Origin: a virus
Lineage: Duplodnaviria; Caudoviricetes
Virus record (IMG/VR): IMGVR_UViG_3300022173_000225
Location: 2,905-66,904 of that record
Length of the DNA stretch: 64,000 nucleotides
Strand: one strand, 5' to 3'
Part shown: positions 32,885 to 40,974 of the stretch, in pieces
Layout of the letters: the number at the start of each line of letters is the position of its first letter
Numbering within the stretch: the stretch's first letter is position 1
The notes under the pieces: model-generated
Databases searched by the model: none
What the model was told of the DNA's origin: nothing
The model's input: only the letters and a program-made list of their open reading frames with translations
Program-made: the position numbers and the translations under genes

Positions 32885-35328
32885 GCCGGGTAAGTTGCGG
32901 CCAGCGCAGAGCGCGGGTCGGTGGTGAATGAAACACCCAATGCCGCCACGTTCGCGTCGTGGTTTGCGCGGGCTGTCGCAATGAAGCTGTCTCCGCAGGC
33001 TTCGTGTAGGCGCGCTGCTTCGTAGATCAGGCGCACGTAGTAGTCGCCATCTACCCAGTTGCGCACCGGGCTGGAGTTCTGGAGCTGGGCCATGCAAGAG
33101 GTGACAACCGCACCTGTCGTCACGTCGATGGTCGATCCGCCCGCAGTCGCTGCCAGTTGTGCGGTCTGCCCGGTTGGGCTCACTGCAAACAGAGTCGTGT
33201 TGTTGCTCGCAGCAGTGAAAGGCTTGTCCGCGTCCAGGTTGGTGGAAAAGGCGAACTTGTCCCCCGCAGTTGGCGACCACGTACCCCGAGTGCCACTGAC
33301 CGTGAATCTTTCGGTTCCGGTGTTGAACGTCAGCGTCGAGTCGATGGTGAACAACACTTCTGCAATGCTGTCCACCAGCGTTCCGTCGCCCTTCCACTGC
33401 CGCCAGCGGTATGAGGCCAGTTGTGCAATGTCCATCTGTGCATCGACGGCGCTGATGAACTTGCCGAGGTGCGCCCGCAGTGTGGCCGCGTTGGCCCACC
33501 CGGTGATCTGGCTGATGTGACAAACCGAATGGCTCATATACATCTGCATCCAAGGGCTTTCGTACAGGGCATCACCACCTATTGCCGTGGCGTTGTCGGT
33601 CTGGGTGCTCCACAGCCCGGCATCTCTCCAAGAAGACGGCATGGCCGTGTTCAGTGCGTTGGCGGCGTCGATGTTCGACGACAGCACGTCTGCAAGGTAG
33701 CCCTTCACATCGGCACCGCTTGGAGAGACATCGGGCAGCAGCGCCACTGCTTGGGCAAGGTCACGCAAGGCCCATGCGTGCTGGCGAGTTCCGCCCTCAA
33801 GGAACATCAAGCCAGCGCCCTTGTAGGTCGTGCCGCTGATGCTCACATGGCGCAGCCCGCTGTACCCACCGCTGCGCAGGTTGGTGATCCCTGTCCCCAC
33901 GTTGCGGGTGTAGGTTCCTGGGTCGGTGTAAAGGATGATTTCAGCCGCGTACTCTTCCTGCATGTCGATGTACTGCGGCTCGCCAGTAATCAAAGCGGCG
34001 TAGTAGAACGCGCTTGGTCGGTGGCTCGGGTCGTTCTCACCGCTCCACAGGCTGGTCGTGTCGCTGGGGGTTTGCAGGCCGGTGTTGGTTCCACCGCTGT
34101 AGCGCCAAGTCGTTTGGATCGTGCCGAGTCCGGTGTAGCTCGCGTCAATATCAACGCAGGGGACAATCTCACCCGTTGAGCTTCGACGCACCACGTTGCG
34201 CTGACTGCCTGCCGCCAAGGCAGACACACGCACGGCTCGCTCATCAACGGCGGCCTGAGTGAGAAGGTGGATGACAGCCCATTGGGGCAGAACGCCGATG
34301 AAGTTGGAGGGGCCGGTGCTGTTGATGCCGCGATCATCGTATGACCCACGGCAACCGGCAACGTAGTTCACACTGGCATTGCTGGTCGGTGAAACCGTGG
34401 TGTCGTAAGACTCGACCATGCGCGAGCGAACGATGTGCTCGGGGTCGTGCTGCACGCGAACCGTGGGGCGGGCTGAGGTTGTTCCGCCACCCTGGACAAA
34501 GTTGAAGCGCCCATCTGTGTCACACACGAAGAACGAGCTGTAGTGATTCAGTGCAATGTTTGCACCGGGTGTCTCATTGCTGTCGTGCCCGGTCATCGTC
34601 AGAAGCGTGGTGGCTCCCGACTTCAGAACACAAGTCATCACTCGGCGGGTCGGCGTCGGGCTTGCAACATCACCCCACGGCTGCGCGACACGCGGCAGAT
34701 ATTCGATGTGCGAAAGGCCACCTGCGTTGTTCTGCGCGGCAAGCACGTAATGGAAGCACTCAAGCTGCCCATGTGCTGCGCCGGACTGCTTGAACGCACC
34801 ACGAATGCGCCAGAGCTTTCCAGCAGGACCGTCGCCAATCACAAGAATCTGCGTGGCGTCGGTGATCGCCGTGTTGAGCGATGCCGTCCACACGCCTGAA
34901 AGGTTCGTGCCGCCCGTAACTTCAACCTTCAGATCAGCAGCGGTCAGGTCTGACAGGGTGCGCGAGCTGGCCGATGGGGCAGAGCCACCACCACTGACAT
35001 TGATCGTCAGGCTGGCCGATCCCGCAATGGATGTGGGCGTGCGAAAGAACACCCCGCACACGCGCTTACTACCGTCATCCCACGAAGAATCGTTGTAGAT
35101 CGTCGCCGGGCATGGAGTGTCATCCTCAAGCGTGAACACCGGGTACTCACCAGACGGAATGTCCCCCGCCTTGAACGGCATCCCAAGCATCGGCGAAACA
35201 AAGTTAGCCGACTGCGTGCTGCCGGACGTGTTCACCAGACTCAGCGTCGTGATGAGCGAACCCCCGGCTGAAGGACGCCCCGCGTAAATCGTTTCCCCGG
35301 GCGTGCCGGGGACGTAGAGCACTGTCAT
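32881..35328 (-). CDS. Large virion-associated protein, putative polysaccharide lyase/hydrolase (PcRGLX/YetA-like RIFT barrel plus alpha-toroid, 815 aa)
   Basis: GMPFKAGDIP...WDDGS; DPSHRPSAFYYAALITGEPQY; RQHAWALRDL; atypical codon usage. Confidence 0.55.
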   Translation of the reverse strand: MTVLYVPGTPGETIYAGRPSAGGSLITTLSLVNTSGSTQSANFVSPMLGMPFKAGDIPSGEYPVFTLEDDTPCPATIYNDSSWDDGSKRVCGVFFRTPTSIAGSASLTINVSGGGSAPSASSRTLSDLTAADLKVEVTGGTNLSGVWTASLNTAITDATQILVIGDGPAGKLWRIRGAFKQSGAAHGQLECFHYVLAAQNNAGGLSHIEYLPRVAQPWGDVASPTPTRRVMTCVLKSGATTLLTMTGHDSNETPGANIALNHYSSFFVCDTDGRFNFVQGGGTTSARPTVRVQHDPEHIVRSRMVESYDTTVSPTSNASVNYVAGCRGSYDDRGINSTGPSNFIGVLPQWAVIHLLTQAAVDERAVRVSALAAGSQRNVVRRSSTGEIVPCVDIDASYTGLGTIQTTWRYSGGTNTGLQTPSDTTSLWSGENDPSHRPSAFYYAALITGEPQYIDMQEEYAAEIILYTDPGTYTRNVGTGITNLRSGGYSGLRHVSISGTTYKGAGLMFLEGGTRQHAWALRDLAQAVALLPDVSPSGADVKGYLADVLSSNIDAANALNTAMPSSWRDAGLWSTQTDNATAIGGDALYESPWMQMYMSHSVCHISQITGWANAATLRAHLGKFISAVDAQMDIAQLASYRWRQWKGDGTLVDSIAEVLFTIDSTLTFNTGTERFTVSGTRGTWSPTAGDKFAFSTNLDADKPFTAASNNTTLFAVSPTGQTAQLAATAGGSTIDVTTGAVVTSCMAQLQNSSPVRNWVDGDYYVRLIYEAARLHEACGDSFIATARANHDANVAALGVSFTTDPRSALAATYPA

Positions 35329-35340
35329 CAGTGCCTCCCG

Positions 35341-35742
35341 TCAGAACTGGATGATGCCGCTGGCGTTCCAGGTGATTGTGATGTCACCGCCGTTGGGGGT
35401 CACCGGCAGGCCCGTCACGCCCGTGTCGAGGAACGCCACCAGCCGCGAAGTCGAAGGGGTGCCCGTGTCGAGGAAGATGATGATCGCTTCGCAGGGGTCG
35501 CCAGACACAGCCGTGAAGGTCACATCGGCGCCGTCGAGCAGGCCGTTGGTGTAGGTCTTCGAGCCGATGGTGCCTGGAGTGCCCACAGCGCCGGCCGACA
35601 CGTCGTCGTAGAAGTCATGAGCCGAACTGTAGGTGTAGTCGGCCAGATCGATCAGCACCGCCTTCAGCGTGCCTGTCAGCGCCGAGCCCGACGTGGCCTG
35701 GATGACCGCTTCTTTGTACTTGGGGTAGACAGCGTTTGCCAT
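35341..35742 (-). CDS. Conserved virion protein (133 aa)
   Basis: MANAVYPKYKE, HDFYDDV, LPVTPNGGDITITW. Confidence 0.7.
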   Translation of the reverse strand: MANAVYPKYKEAVIQATSGSALTGTLKAVLIDLADYTYSSAHDFYDDVSAGAVGTPGTIGSKTYTNGLLDGADVTFTAVSGDPCEAIIIFLDTGTPSTSRLVAFLDTGVTGLPVTPNGGDITITWNASGIIQF

Positions 35743-35758
35743 GTTTTTCCTTCTGCAC

Positions 35759-36013
35759 TCAGTAGAGCGCGATGATGCCGGATGCAGTGGTGCCCGTGGC
35801 CCACACGCGCGTCACTTGAATGGGGAGCAAGTAGCCGCTGGGGACGGCCTCAAAAGTCAGGACCTGCTCCGAGCTCATGGTGACCTGGATGTCACCGCCA
35901 GTGCCCACCCAGAGCCCCCTGGACCCGTTGATGTCTGTGCTGTCGCTGGGCGTCACTGCACGGCCGTCGTGGGCCGAGACAGTGGCATCAGCTGTGCGGT
36001 ATGCGCCGGGCAT
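35759..36013 (-). CDS. Head-spike base protein (RcGTA Rcc01079-like, 84 aa)
   Basis: AVTPSD...RGLWVGTGGDI...VPSGYLLPIQVTRVWATGTTASGIIALY. Confidence 0.75.
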   Translation of the reverse strand: MPGAYRTADATVSAHDGRAVTPSDSTDINGSRGLWVGTGGDIQVTMSSEQVLTFEAVPSGYLLPIQVTRVWATGTTASGIIALY

Positions 36014-36025
36014 GTCGAGCCCCTA

Positions 36026-36544
36026 TCAAGCGTCAGCGAACGGGGTGGCCACGATGCCGCTGCCGAGCACCACGCCTTCGACACGCCACTTCAGCGCGGC
36101 CAGAGCCGTGATCCGCACCCAGGTGCCTGCGAGGCCGCCAGTCGTGGTGCCGTTGAAGTTGATGTTGTCGTTGGCCGCAGCGGGCGCGTAGCCCGAGGCC
36201 GCACCAGCAGTGTCGGTGTCCACCATCAGCAGGCTGCCGACGTACTTGTCGGTGCCGTTGGTAGCGATCTTGACGTTGGTGGCGGTGGTCTCGATGAAGA
36301 TCTCGAAATGTGCACCGACCAGCGAGGGGGTGTTGGGGTCGTCGTTTTCGCCGGTGGACGTGGTCAGCGGGGGCAGCGTGAGGACCAGCGTGGCATCGTT
36401 GGTGCGGATCGTGCGGCCTGCATGCAGGTCAACGTCCAGCGTGAGGGTGTTGGTGCCATCCGGCACGTTGATGACCGAGGCTTCGCCCTGGTTGTACATG
36501 CCGCCGAGCGACCGGACTGGACCGGAGAAAGTGTTGCGTCCCAT
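36026..36544 (-). CDS. Putative capsid decoration protein (172 aa)
   Basis: N-terminal TFSGPVRS; first structural gene after MCP. Confidence 0.6.
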   Translation of the reverse strand: MGRNTFSGPVRSLGGMYNQGEASVINVPDGTNTLTLDVDLHAGRTIRTNDATLVLTLPPLTTSTGENDDPNTPSLVGAHFEIFIETTATNVKIATNGTDKYVGSLLMVDTDTAGAASGYAPAAANDNINFNGTTTGGLAGTWVRITALAALKWRVEGVVLGSGIVATPFADA

Positions 36545-36666
36545 GGTGATTTCCTCACAAGCGAGTCACGCGCCAGTCTGCTTGTCGTCCGCCGGGCCGG
36601 CCGTAGCGCGCTGTGAAAATGATCCCGGGACGAGGCATTGTGCCATGCCTCTTCACAAAACGAAAG

Positions 36667-36682
36667 GCCCACCGAAGTGGGC
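36667..36682. repeat. Copy 1 of 16-bp hairpin GCCCACCGAAGTGGGC (copy 2 at 37298-37313)
   Basis: Exact direct repeat flanking the HNH gene. Confidence 0.9.
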
Positions 36683-36689
36683 AGTCGCT

Positions 36690-37256
36690 TCACTCCACGA
36701 CGCGGTTGCTCTTGCGCCGGTTCAGCGGCATCGGCACCACCTGGAGGTTCCACGGCACGTGCAGACCACAGACATTGTCGCCGGCCAGGGGCACGACGTG
36801 GTCGATCTCGTGAGGCACCCCCGTGCCTTTTGTCAGGGCTGCCGCGGCTTGGTACAGGGCGCGGATCTGAGCGCGCTGCTCGGAGCTCAGCCACTTCGGC
36901 GTCGCTTGCCGGTGGCGCTTACGGCGGACGTTTGTGTTGAGCCGAACTGTCGGCTTGTTTCGCTGGGCCCAAACCCTTTGATAGGCGTTCTTTTTCTGCT
37001 TCTCGCGCTGTGCGGCACGCTCTTTGACAAGCTCTGCATTGCGTTCGTAGTAGCGCCTCCCTGCGGCTTTCGAGGCCTCGCTCTTTGGCAGATCCTTGCG
37101 ACGCGCGTTGTCGGCAACCCAATCCTGCTTCATGCACTCGACACAGACGCCTTTGGTCTTGCGCAGGGCGATATGGCCGCGTGTGCACGGCAAGCCGGTG
37201 AAGTAGTGTGTGGCGCCAGTCGCTTTGGCTTCGGCGCGTGTTGAGGGGTATTCCAT
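36690..37256 (-). CDS. HNH homing endonuclease (188 aa)
   Basis: YFTGLPCTRGH, CVEC, HEIDHVVPLAGDNVCGLHVPWNLQ...N. Confidence 0.88.
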   Translation of the reverse strand: MEYPSTRAEAKATGATHYFTGLPCTRGHIALRKTKGVCVECMKQDWVADNARRKDLPKSEASKAAGRRYYERNAELVKERAAQREKQKKNAYQRVWAQRNKPTVRLNTNVRRKRHRQATPKWLSSEQRAQIRALYQAAAALTKGTGVPHEIDHVVPLAGDNVCGLHVPWNLQVVPMPLNRRKSNRVVE

Positions 37257-37279
37257 GCTTCTCTCCTTTGATACGAGAA

Positions 37280-37288
37280 ATTGTAGCA
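37280..37288 (-). promoter_or_regulatory. Extended -10 promoter for the HNH gene
   Basis: TGCTACAAT just downstream of MCP terminator, followed by AAGGAG RBS. Confidence 0.5.
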
Positions 37289-37291
37289 CGT

Positions 37292-37318
37292 AAAAAAGCC
37301 CACCGAAGTGGGCTTTTT
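37292..37318 (-). terminator. Bidirectional intrinsic terminator after MCP
   Basis: AAAAAA-GCCCAC-CGAA-GTGGGC-TTTTT. Confidence 0.85.
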
Positions 37319-37331
37319 GAGTGCGGAGGTA

Positions 37332-38240
37332 TTAAGCTCCGGGGGAACCGTACATGCCCAGAGGGTCGCTCCAGCCAAAACTGTAGCGTTCGCGTGCTTT
37401 ATAACGCATGTTCCCAGTGTCAAAATCCGTATCGGAACCGGTCTTCATGGCCACACGCTCGAAGTGCTTCAGGCCGTTGGGGACATCGGTGGTCAGGAAC
37501 CACGCGTCGGGGTCGGTCAGGTAGTGGTTGATGCGGTAGCCTTGGGGGATCGCACCCAAGGACTTCAGCGCGTTGATGTCGTTGTCCGACGTCGACACAC
37601 GCAGTTCCGTCTTCATCAACCGCTCGATCACGAACTGCAGCTGAGTGGGCACGATGGCCTTCATCGGCTTGGCCGCGATCAACAGGCCCTTCTCGTCAAC
37701 CCAACCGCTGATCTGGATCACAGCGTTTTCCAGGGCGGTCTCGTTGAGGTCCGAGGCCACGGCCGGCTCGTTGGAGTTCACACCGCCGTTGACCAGGGGG
37801 TGCAGGGTCGAGAACAGTTCGACGCCGTCGCCGCCGGCAAAGGCAGCGTTGAAGCCGTTGTTCAGGACTGCAGCAGCCTTGACCTGCTTGGTGTGGGCCA
37901 TGGAGCGCGCCAGCGCCTTGGTGTAGCGGCCCGAGAGGGACGCGTACAGGTTGTCTTCCATCGCCTCTTCAGTGATGGCGAAACCGAGCACCACGGTCTC
38001 GTGCACGTAGCGCGAGGTGAATGCTTCCTGGGCGTTGTCGTAGGCCATCGCAGCGCCTTCCTGCTTCACAGGGGCAGCGCTGAAGCCGGCCAGCTTGGTT
38101 TCCTCTTCGAAGGAGCGATCGCTCGACTCGGTTTCGAAGATTTCCTTGTGCTCTTCGGCGTACTTCTTGTACTCCAGACCGAACAGGGCGTTCAGGCCGG
38201 GAAGAAGCTCTTTGAGCATTTGTGCACGAGTGATTGCCAT
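37332..38240 (-). CDS. Major capsid protein (302 aa)
   Basis: MAITRAQMLKELLPGLNALFGLEY, strong RBS TAAGGAG, followed by terminator, downstream of scaffold. Confidence 0.9.
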   Translation of the reverse strand: MAITRAQMLKELLPGLNALFGLEYKKYAEEHKEIFETESSDRSFEEETKLAGFSAAPVKQEGAAMAYDNAQEAFTSRYVHETVVLGFAITEEAMEDNLYASLSGRYTKALARSMAHTKQVKAAAVLNNGFNAAFAGGDGVELFSTLHPLVNGGVNSNEPAVASDLNETALENAVIQISGWVDEKGLLIAAKPMKAIVPTQLQFVIERLMKTELRVSTSDNDINALKSLGAIPQGYRINHYLTDPDAWFLTTDVPNGLKHFERVAMKTGSDTDFDTGNMRYKARERYSFGWSDPLGMYGSPGA

Positions 38241-38250
38241 GTTGTGCTCC

Positions 38251-38871
38251 TTACAGGCCGACGGCGTTGGTGAAGGCGTGGTAGCCCGGGTTGAACTTCA
38301 CGAGCACATCGGCAAACGCGTCACCGGGAGGCGACACGTGCTCGACGATTCGGAAGGCCGCGGTCGTGGTCACCACCGTGCTCTCCAGGGCCGAGGTCGA
38401 GTTGCCCGTGCGGGTGCTGCCCGTGCTGGTCGACTGTGCTGCCGCGAAGAAGGTGTTGGTGCCGATGATGGTCTGCGCGCCAGATCCATCCAGCTGGGCC
38501 TGGAACAGCACGTCCGGATCGTTGACCACGTAGGCCTTGATCTGGGTGCCGGTGGGGGCCACGGTGCCGCTGGGGTAGTACTGAGAGTGAACCAGCTGAC
38601 CCTGGGCATTGACGTACTCGCAACCCATGAACACACCGATGGAGCCCGTGAGGGTCGTGCCGGTGGGCAATGCGTTGGTCGTGCCGTCGGCGCCGGTGGC
38701 GGTCGACAGTGCAATGTAGCCATCGGCACCCAGGTGGACCACTTGGCCCGTGAAGATGTTGGTGGCTTCCCCGGCGGGGTCGATCAAATACACGGTTTGG
38801 GCGCCAGCGTACGGCATGCCATCTGCACGCTTCACTGGACGCAGACCGTAAGGTGCTGCAGTCAATGCCAT
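38251..38871 (-). CDS. Capsid-associated (cement/decoration) protein (206 aa)
   Basis: APYGLRPV, IFTGQVV, NDPDVLFQAQ; directly upstream of MCP. Confidence 0.65.
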   Translation of the reverse strand: MALTAAPYGLRPVKRADGMPYAGAQTVYLIDPAGEATNIFTGQVVHLGADGYIALSTATGADGTTNALPTGTTLTGSIGVFMGCEYVNAQGQLVHSQYYPSGTVAPTGTQIKAYVVNDPDVLFQAQLDGSGAQTIIGTNTFFAAAQSTSTGSTRTGNSTSALESTVVTTTAAFRIVEHVSPPGDAFADVLVKFNPGYHAFTNAVGL

Positions 38872-38884
38872 TTTGAGCTCCTAT

Positions 38885-39328
38885 TCAGGTTCCGTTGCCG
38901 AATCCCCGACCCCGTGTCACGGTTGACTTTGTCTTCCGGAACTTGGGCATCAGGGGGTTGTTGTCTGCCATGAACTGTTCGTCCACGGACTGCATCTGCT
39001 GCGCGTTCTTGTTCGCGTAGAAGCGCCGACGTGCATTCACCCTACCTTCTTCGTTCTTGCAGAGCATCAGGCCGCCCACTTCGATGTTTCCGTCCTTGCT
39101 GGCAAGGTGTTGCATCTCGGGGTGGTCCACTGCCTTGGCTGGGACCCAACCATCTCGAAATTTCTGCGAGACGTTTCGGCCGGCGGCCTCACCCATCACG
39201 TGGGTGGCAATCCAACGAAAGCAGTACCCTGGCTCTGGTTTGGGCTCGGGCAACTGATCAGGCGGGGTGTACTCGAAGCGTTCTTCTTCGACGCGAGTTT
39301 CGATTTCGCGGGGTGTGCGGTTTGCCAT
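38885..39328 (-). CDS. Conserved head-module protein (147 aa)
   Basis: PGYCFRWIA, GWVP, IEVGGLMLCK. Confidence 0.7.
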   Translation of the reverse strand: MANRTPREIETRVEEERFEYTPPDQLPEPKPEPGYCFRWIATHVMGEAAGRNVSQKFRDGWVPAKAVDHPEMQHLASKDGNIEVGGLMLCKNEEGRVNARRRFYANKNAQQMQSVDEQFMADNNPLMPKFRKTKSTVTRGRGFGNGT

Positions 39329-39330
39329 GA

Positions 39331-40314
39331 TCAGGCTCCTTTCGATGCAATTTGAGCAGCGTACTGCTGCGGGGTGATTCCGAGTTTTTTGCAGATCAGC
39401 AATTGCGACTGCGTCATGACGACGCGGCGTTTGCCTGACTGCGTGCGCTCAACCGCGGCCACTGGTGAAGTGGTTTTGCGGCGTGGTGCTGGCTCGTCAT
39501 CGGTTGCACCGGCCTTGGAGTACAGATCCGGGAAGACCTTTTTCATGCGAGCATCGATTTGCTCGTAGTAGGGGTCGCTGCCTGCAACGTAACCCTTTTG
39601 CACTAGTTCTTGATGCAGCCCAAGTGCGAAGCTGGTTTCAGCGACCTTGTCCGGGGCGGTGAACCATTTGTTGGACTCCATCCAGGAGCTCAACTTGGGG
39701 TCCGCAGGCGCCGTGGGTGCTGCTTGACGCGTTTGTACCACATCCTGCGCGGTGGGCACAACAGGTGCGCGGAAGTTTTTTGCCTGCACCAGCTTGATCT
39801 TGGCGTCAGTGAGCGCTTCCTGCGCGGCCGTGATCTCGTCGGGGTCCAGGGTCTCGTTGGCCTTGCGCAGCTTGTCGAGCGCAGTCTTGACCTCCGCCTC
39901 GACGCTGGCCACCGTCACTTTGGAGAATTCCTGAGAACCTTCTTCGTACGCTTTGCGCAGCCGGGCATTCTCTTCCTGGATCGAGCGTGCCGCGTTGACA
40001 AGCTCGGTGTGTTCACGTTCCAGGGCTTCGCGGCGGCGGCGCTCGTCGTGACGCGCGTGCGTCAGTTCACCGATGCGCTTGCGTGCGTTCTGGCCGTAGC
40101 TGGCCAGTTCCTCGTCGGTGGGCTCGGCCACCTCGCGGTCCAGGGGGCGAGCTTTCTTGTCGGCCGCAGGCGTGTCGTCGACGATTTCCAGTTCGAACTC
40201 GTCGTCCTTGGGGCCCGGCAGGTCGACGGTGACGCTGCCGTCCTCGCCGCTGGTGATGTTGTCAAAGTCCGGATCGAACTCTTCGTGGGGGAAAGCAGGG
40301 TTTTGTGTAGCCAT
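39331..40314 (-). CDS. Scaffolding protein (327 aa)
   Basis: Acidic N-terminus, coiled-coil, NKWF, C-terminal ICKKLGITPQQYA. Confidence 0.75.
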   Translation of the reverse strand: MATQNPAFPHEEFDPDFDNITSGEDGSVTVDLPGPKDDEFELEIVDDTPAADKKARPLDREVAEPTDEELASYGQNARKRIGELTHARHDERRRREALEREHTELVNAARSIQEENARLRKAYEEGSQEFSKVTVASVEAEVKTALDKLRKANETLDPDEITAAQEALTDAKIKLVQAKNFRAPVVPTAQDVVQTRQAAPTAPADPKLSSWMESNKWFTAPDKVAETSFALGLHQELVQKGYVAGSDPYYEQIDARMKKVFPDLYSKAGATDDEPAPRRKTTSPVAAVERTQSGKRRVVMTQSQLLICKKLGITPQQYAAQIASKGA

Positions 40315-40325
40315 TTAGTTCTCCT

Positions 40326-40790
40326 TCAGGCTGCAGCGCGGGTGATACCGCGGGGGTCGCTCACGGTGGCCTCGACCTGATCGTCGTTGATCAGGCGCCA
40401 CTCGGTGCCGCGAATTTTGAAACGGGTTCCGGTGTACGTGCGCACCAGGATGAAGTCGCCTTCCTTGCACCAAGGCCCGTCGGGGAACTTCTCGGGGTCC
40501 TTGTAGGCTTGCGGGCCCACAGCGACGACGAACAAAATGGTAGTACCAATTTCTTCGTTTTTCTTGACGACATCGGCTTTAACGATACTTGAGTTCTCAA
40601 AAGTATCCTCCGCCTTGGGGATGGCACACAGGATCTTGTATCCGCAGGGGGTCGGGATCTGCTTGCCGCGCTCTTCCATCGGCGTGTTGTCGAACTCTTC
40701 GTCCGTAGCCTGCTTGAGGTGCGGGACCTCGTACACGCCCGGCGGCAGGATCAGCCCGGGTGGGTTCAGGGTTTCAATCGTCTGGGTCAT
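40326..40790 (-). CDS. groES: GroES-like co-chaperonin (154 aa)
   Basis: PTPCGYKIL, VVAVGPQAY, WCKEGDFIL, YTGTRFKI, RLINDDQVEA. Confidence 0.8.
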   Translation of the reverse strand: MTQTIETLNPPGLILPPGVYEVPHLKQATDEEFDNTPMEERGKQIPTPCGYKILCAIPKAEDTFENSSIVKADVVKKNEEIGTTILFVVAVGPQAYKDPEKFPDGPWCKEGDFILVRTYTGTRFKIRGTEWRLINDDQVEATVSDPRGITRAAA

Positions 40791-40974
40791 TGTGGTGCTC
40801 TGCTTTCTCTTGCACGGCCAGTATTTCGGCGATTGCGATGTCGAGGCCGTGAATCTCACCGCAACCGTATTTATAAGCACCAGGGTCTGCGGCCCCGGCG
40901 ATGAGCGAGTTGACGCGCGACTGACGCGCCTCCTCGAGGTTTTTGACCACCACGCGCACGAAGTCGTCGATCAT
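40774..40974 (-). CDS. Conserved small protein (66 aa)
   Basis: Coupled to portal stop; YKYGCGEIHGL. Confidence 0.7.
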   Translation of the reverse strand: MIDDFVRVVVKNLEEARQSRVNSLIAGAADPGAYKYGCGEIHGLDIAIAEILAVQEKAEHHNDPDD

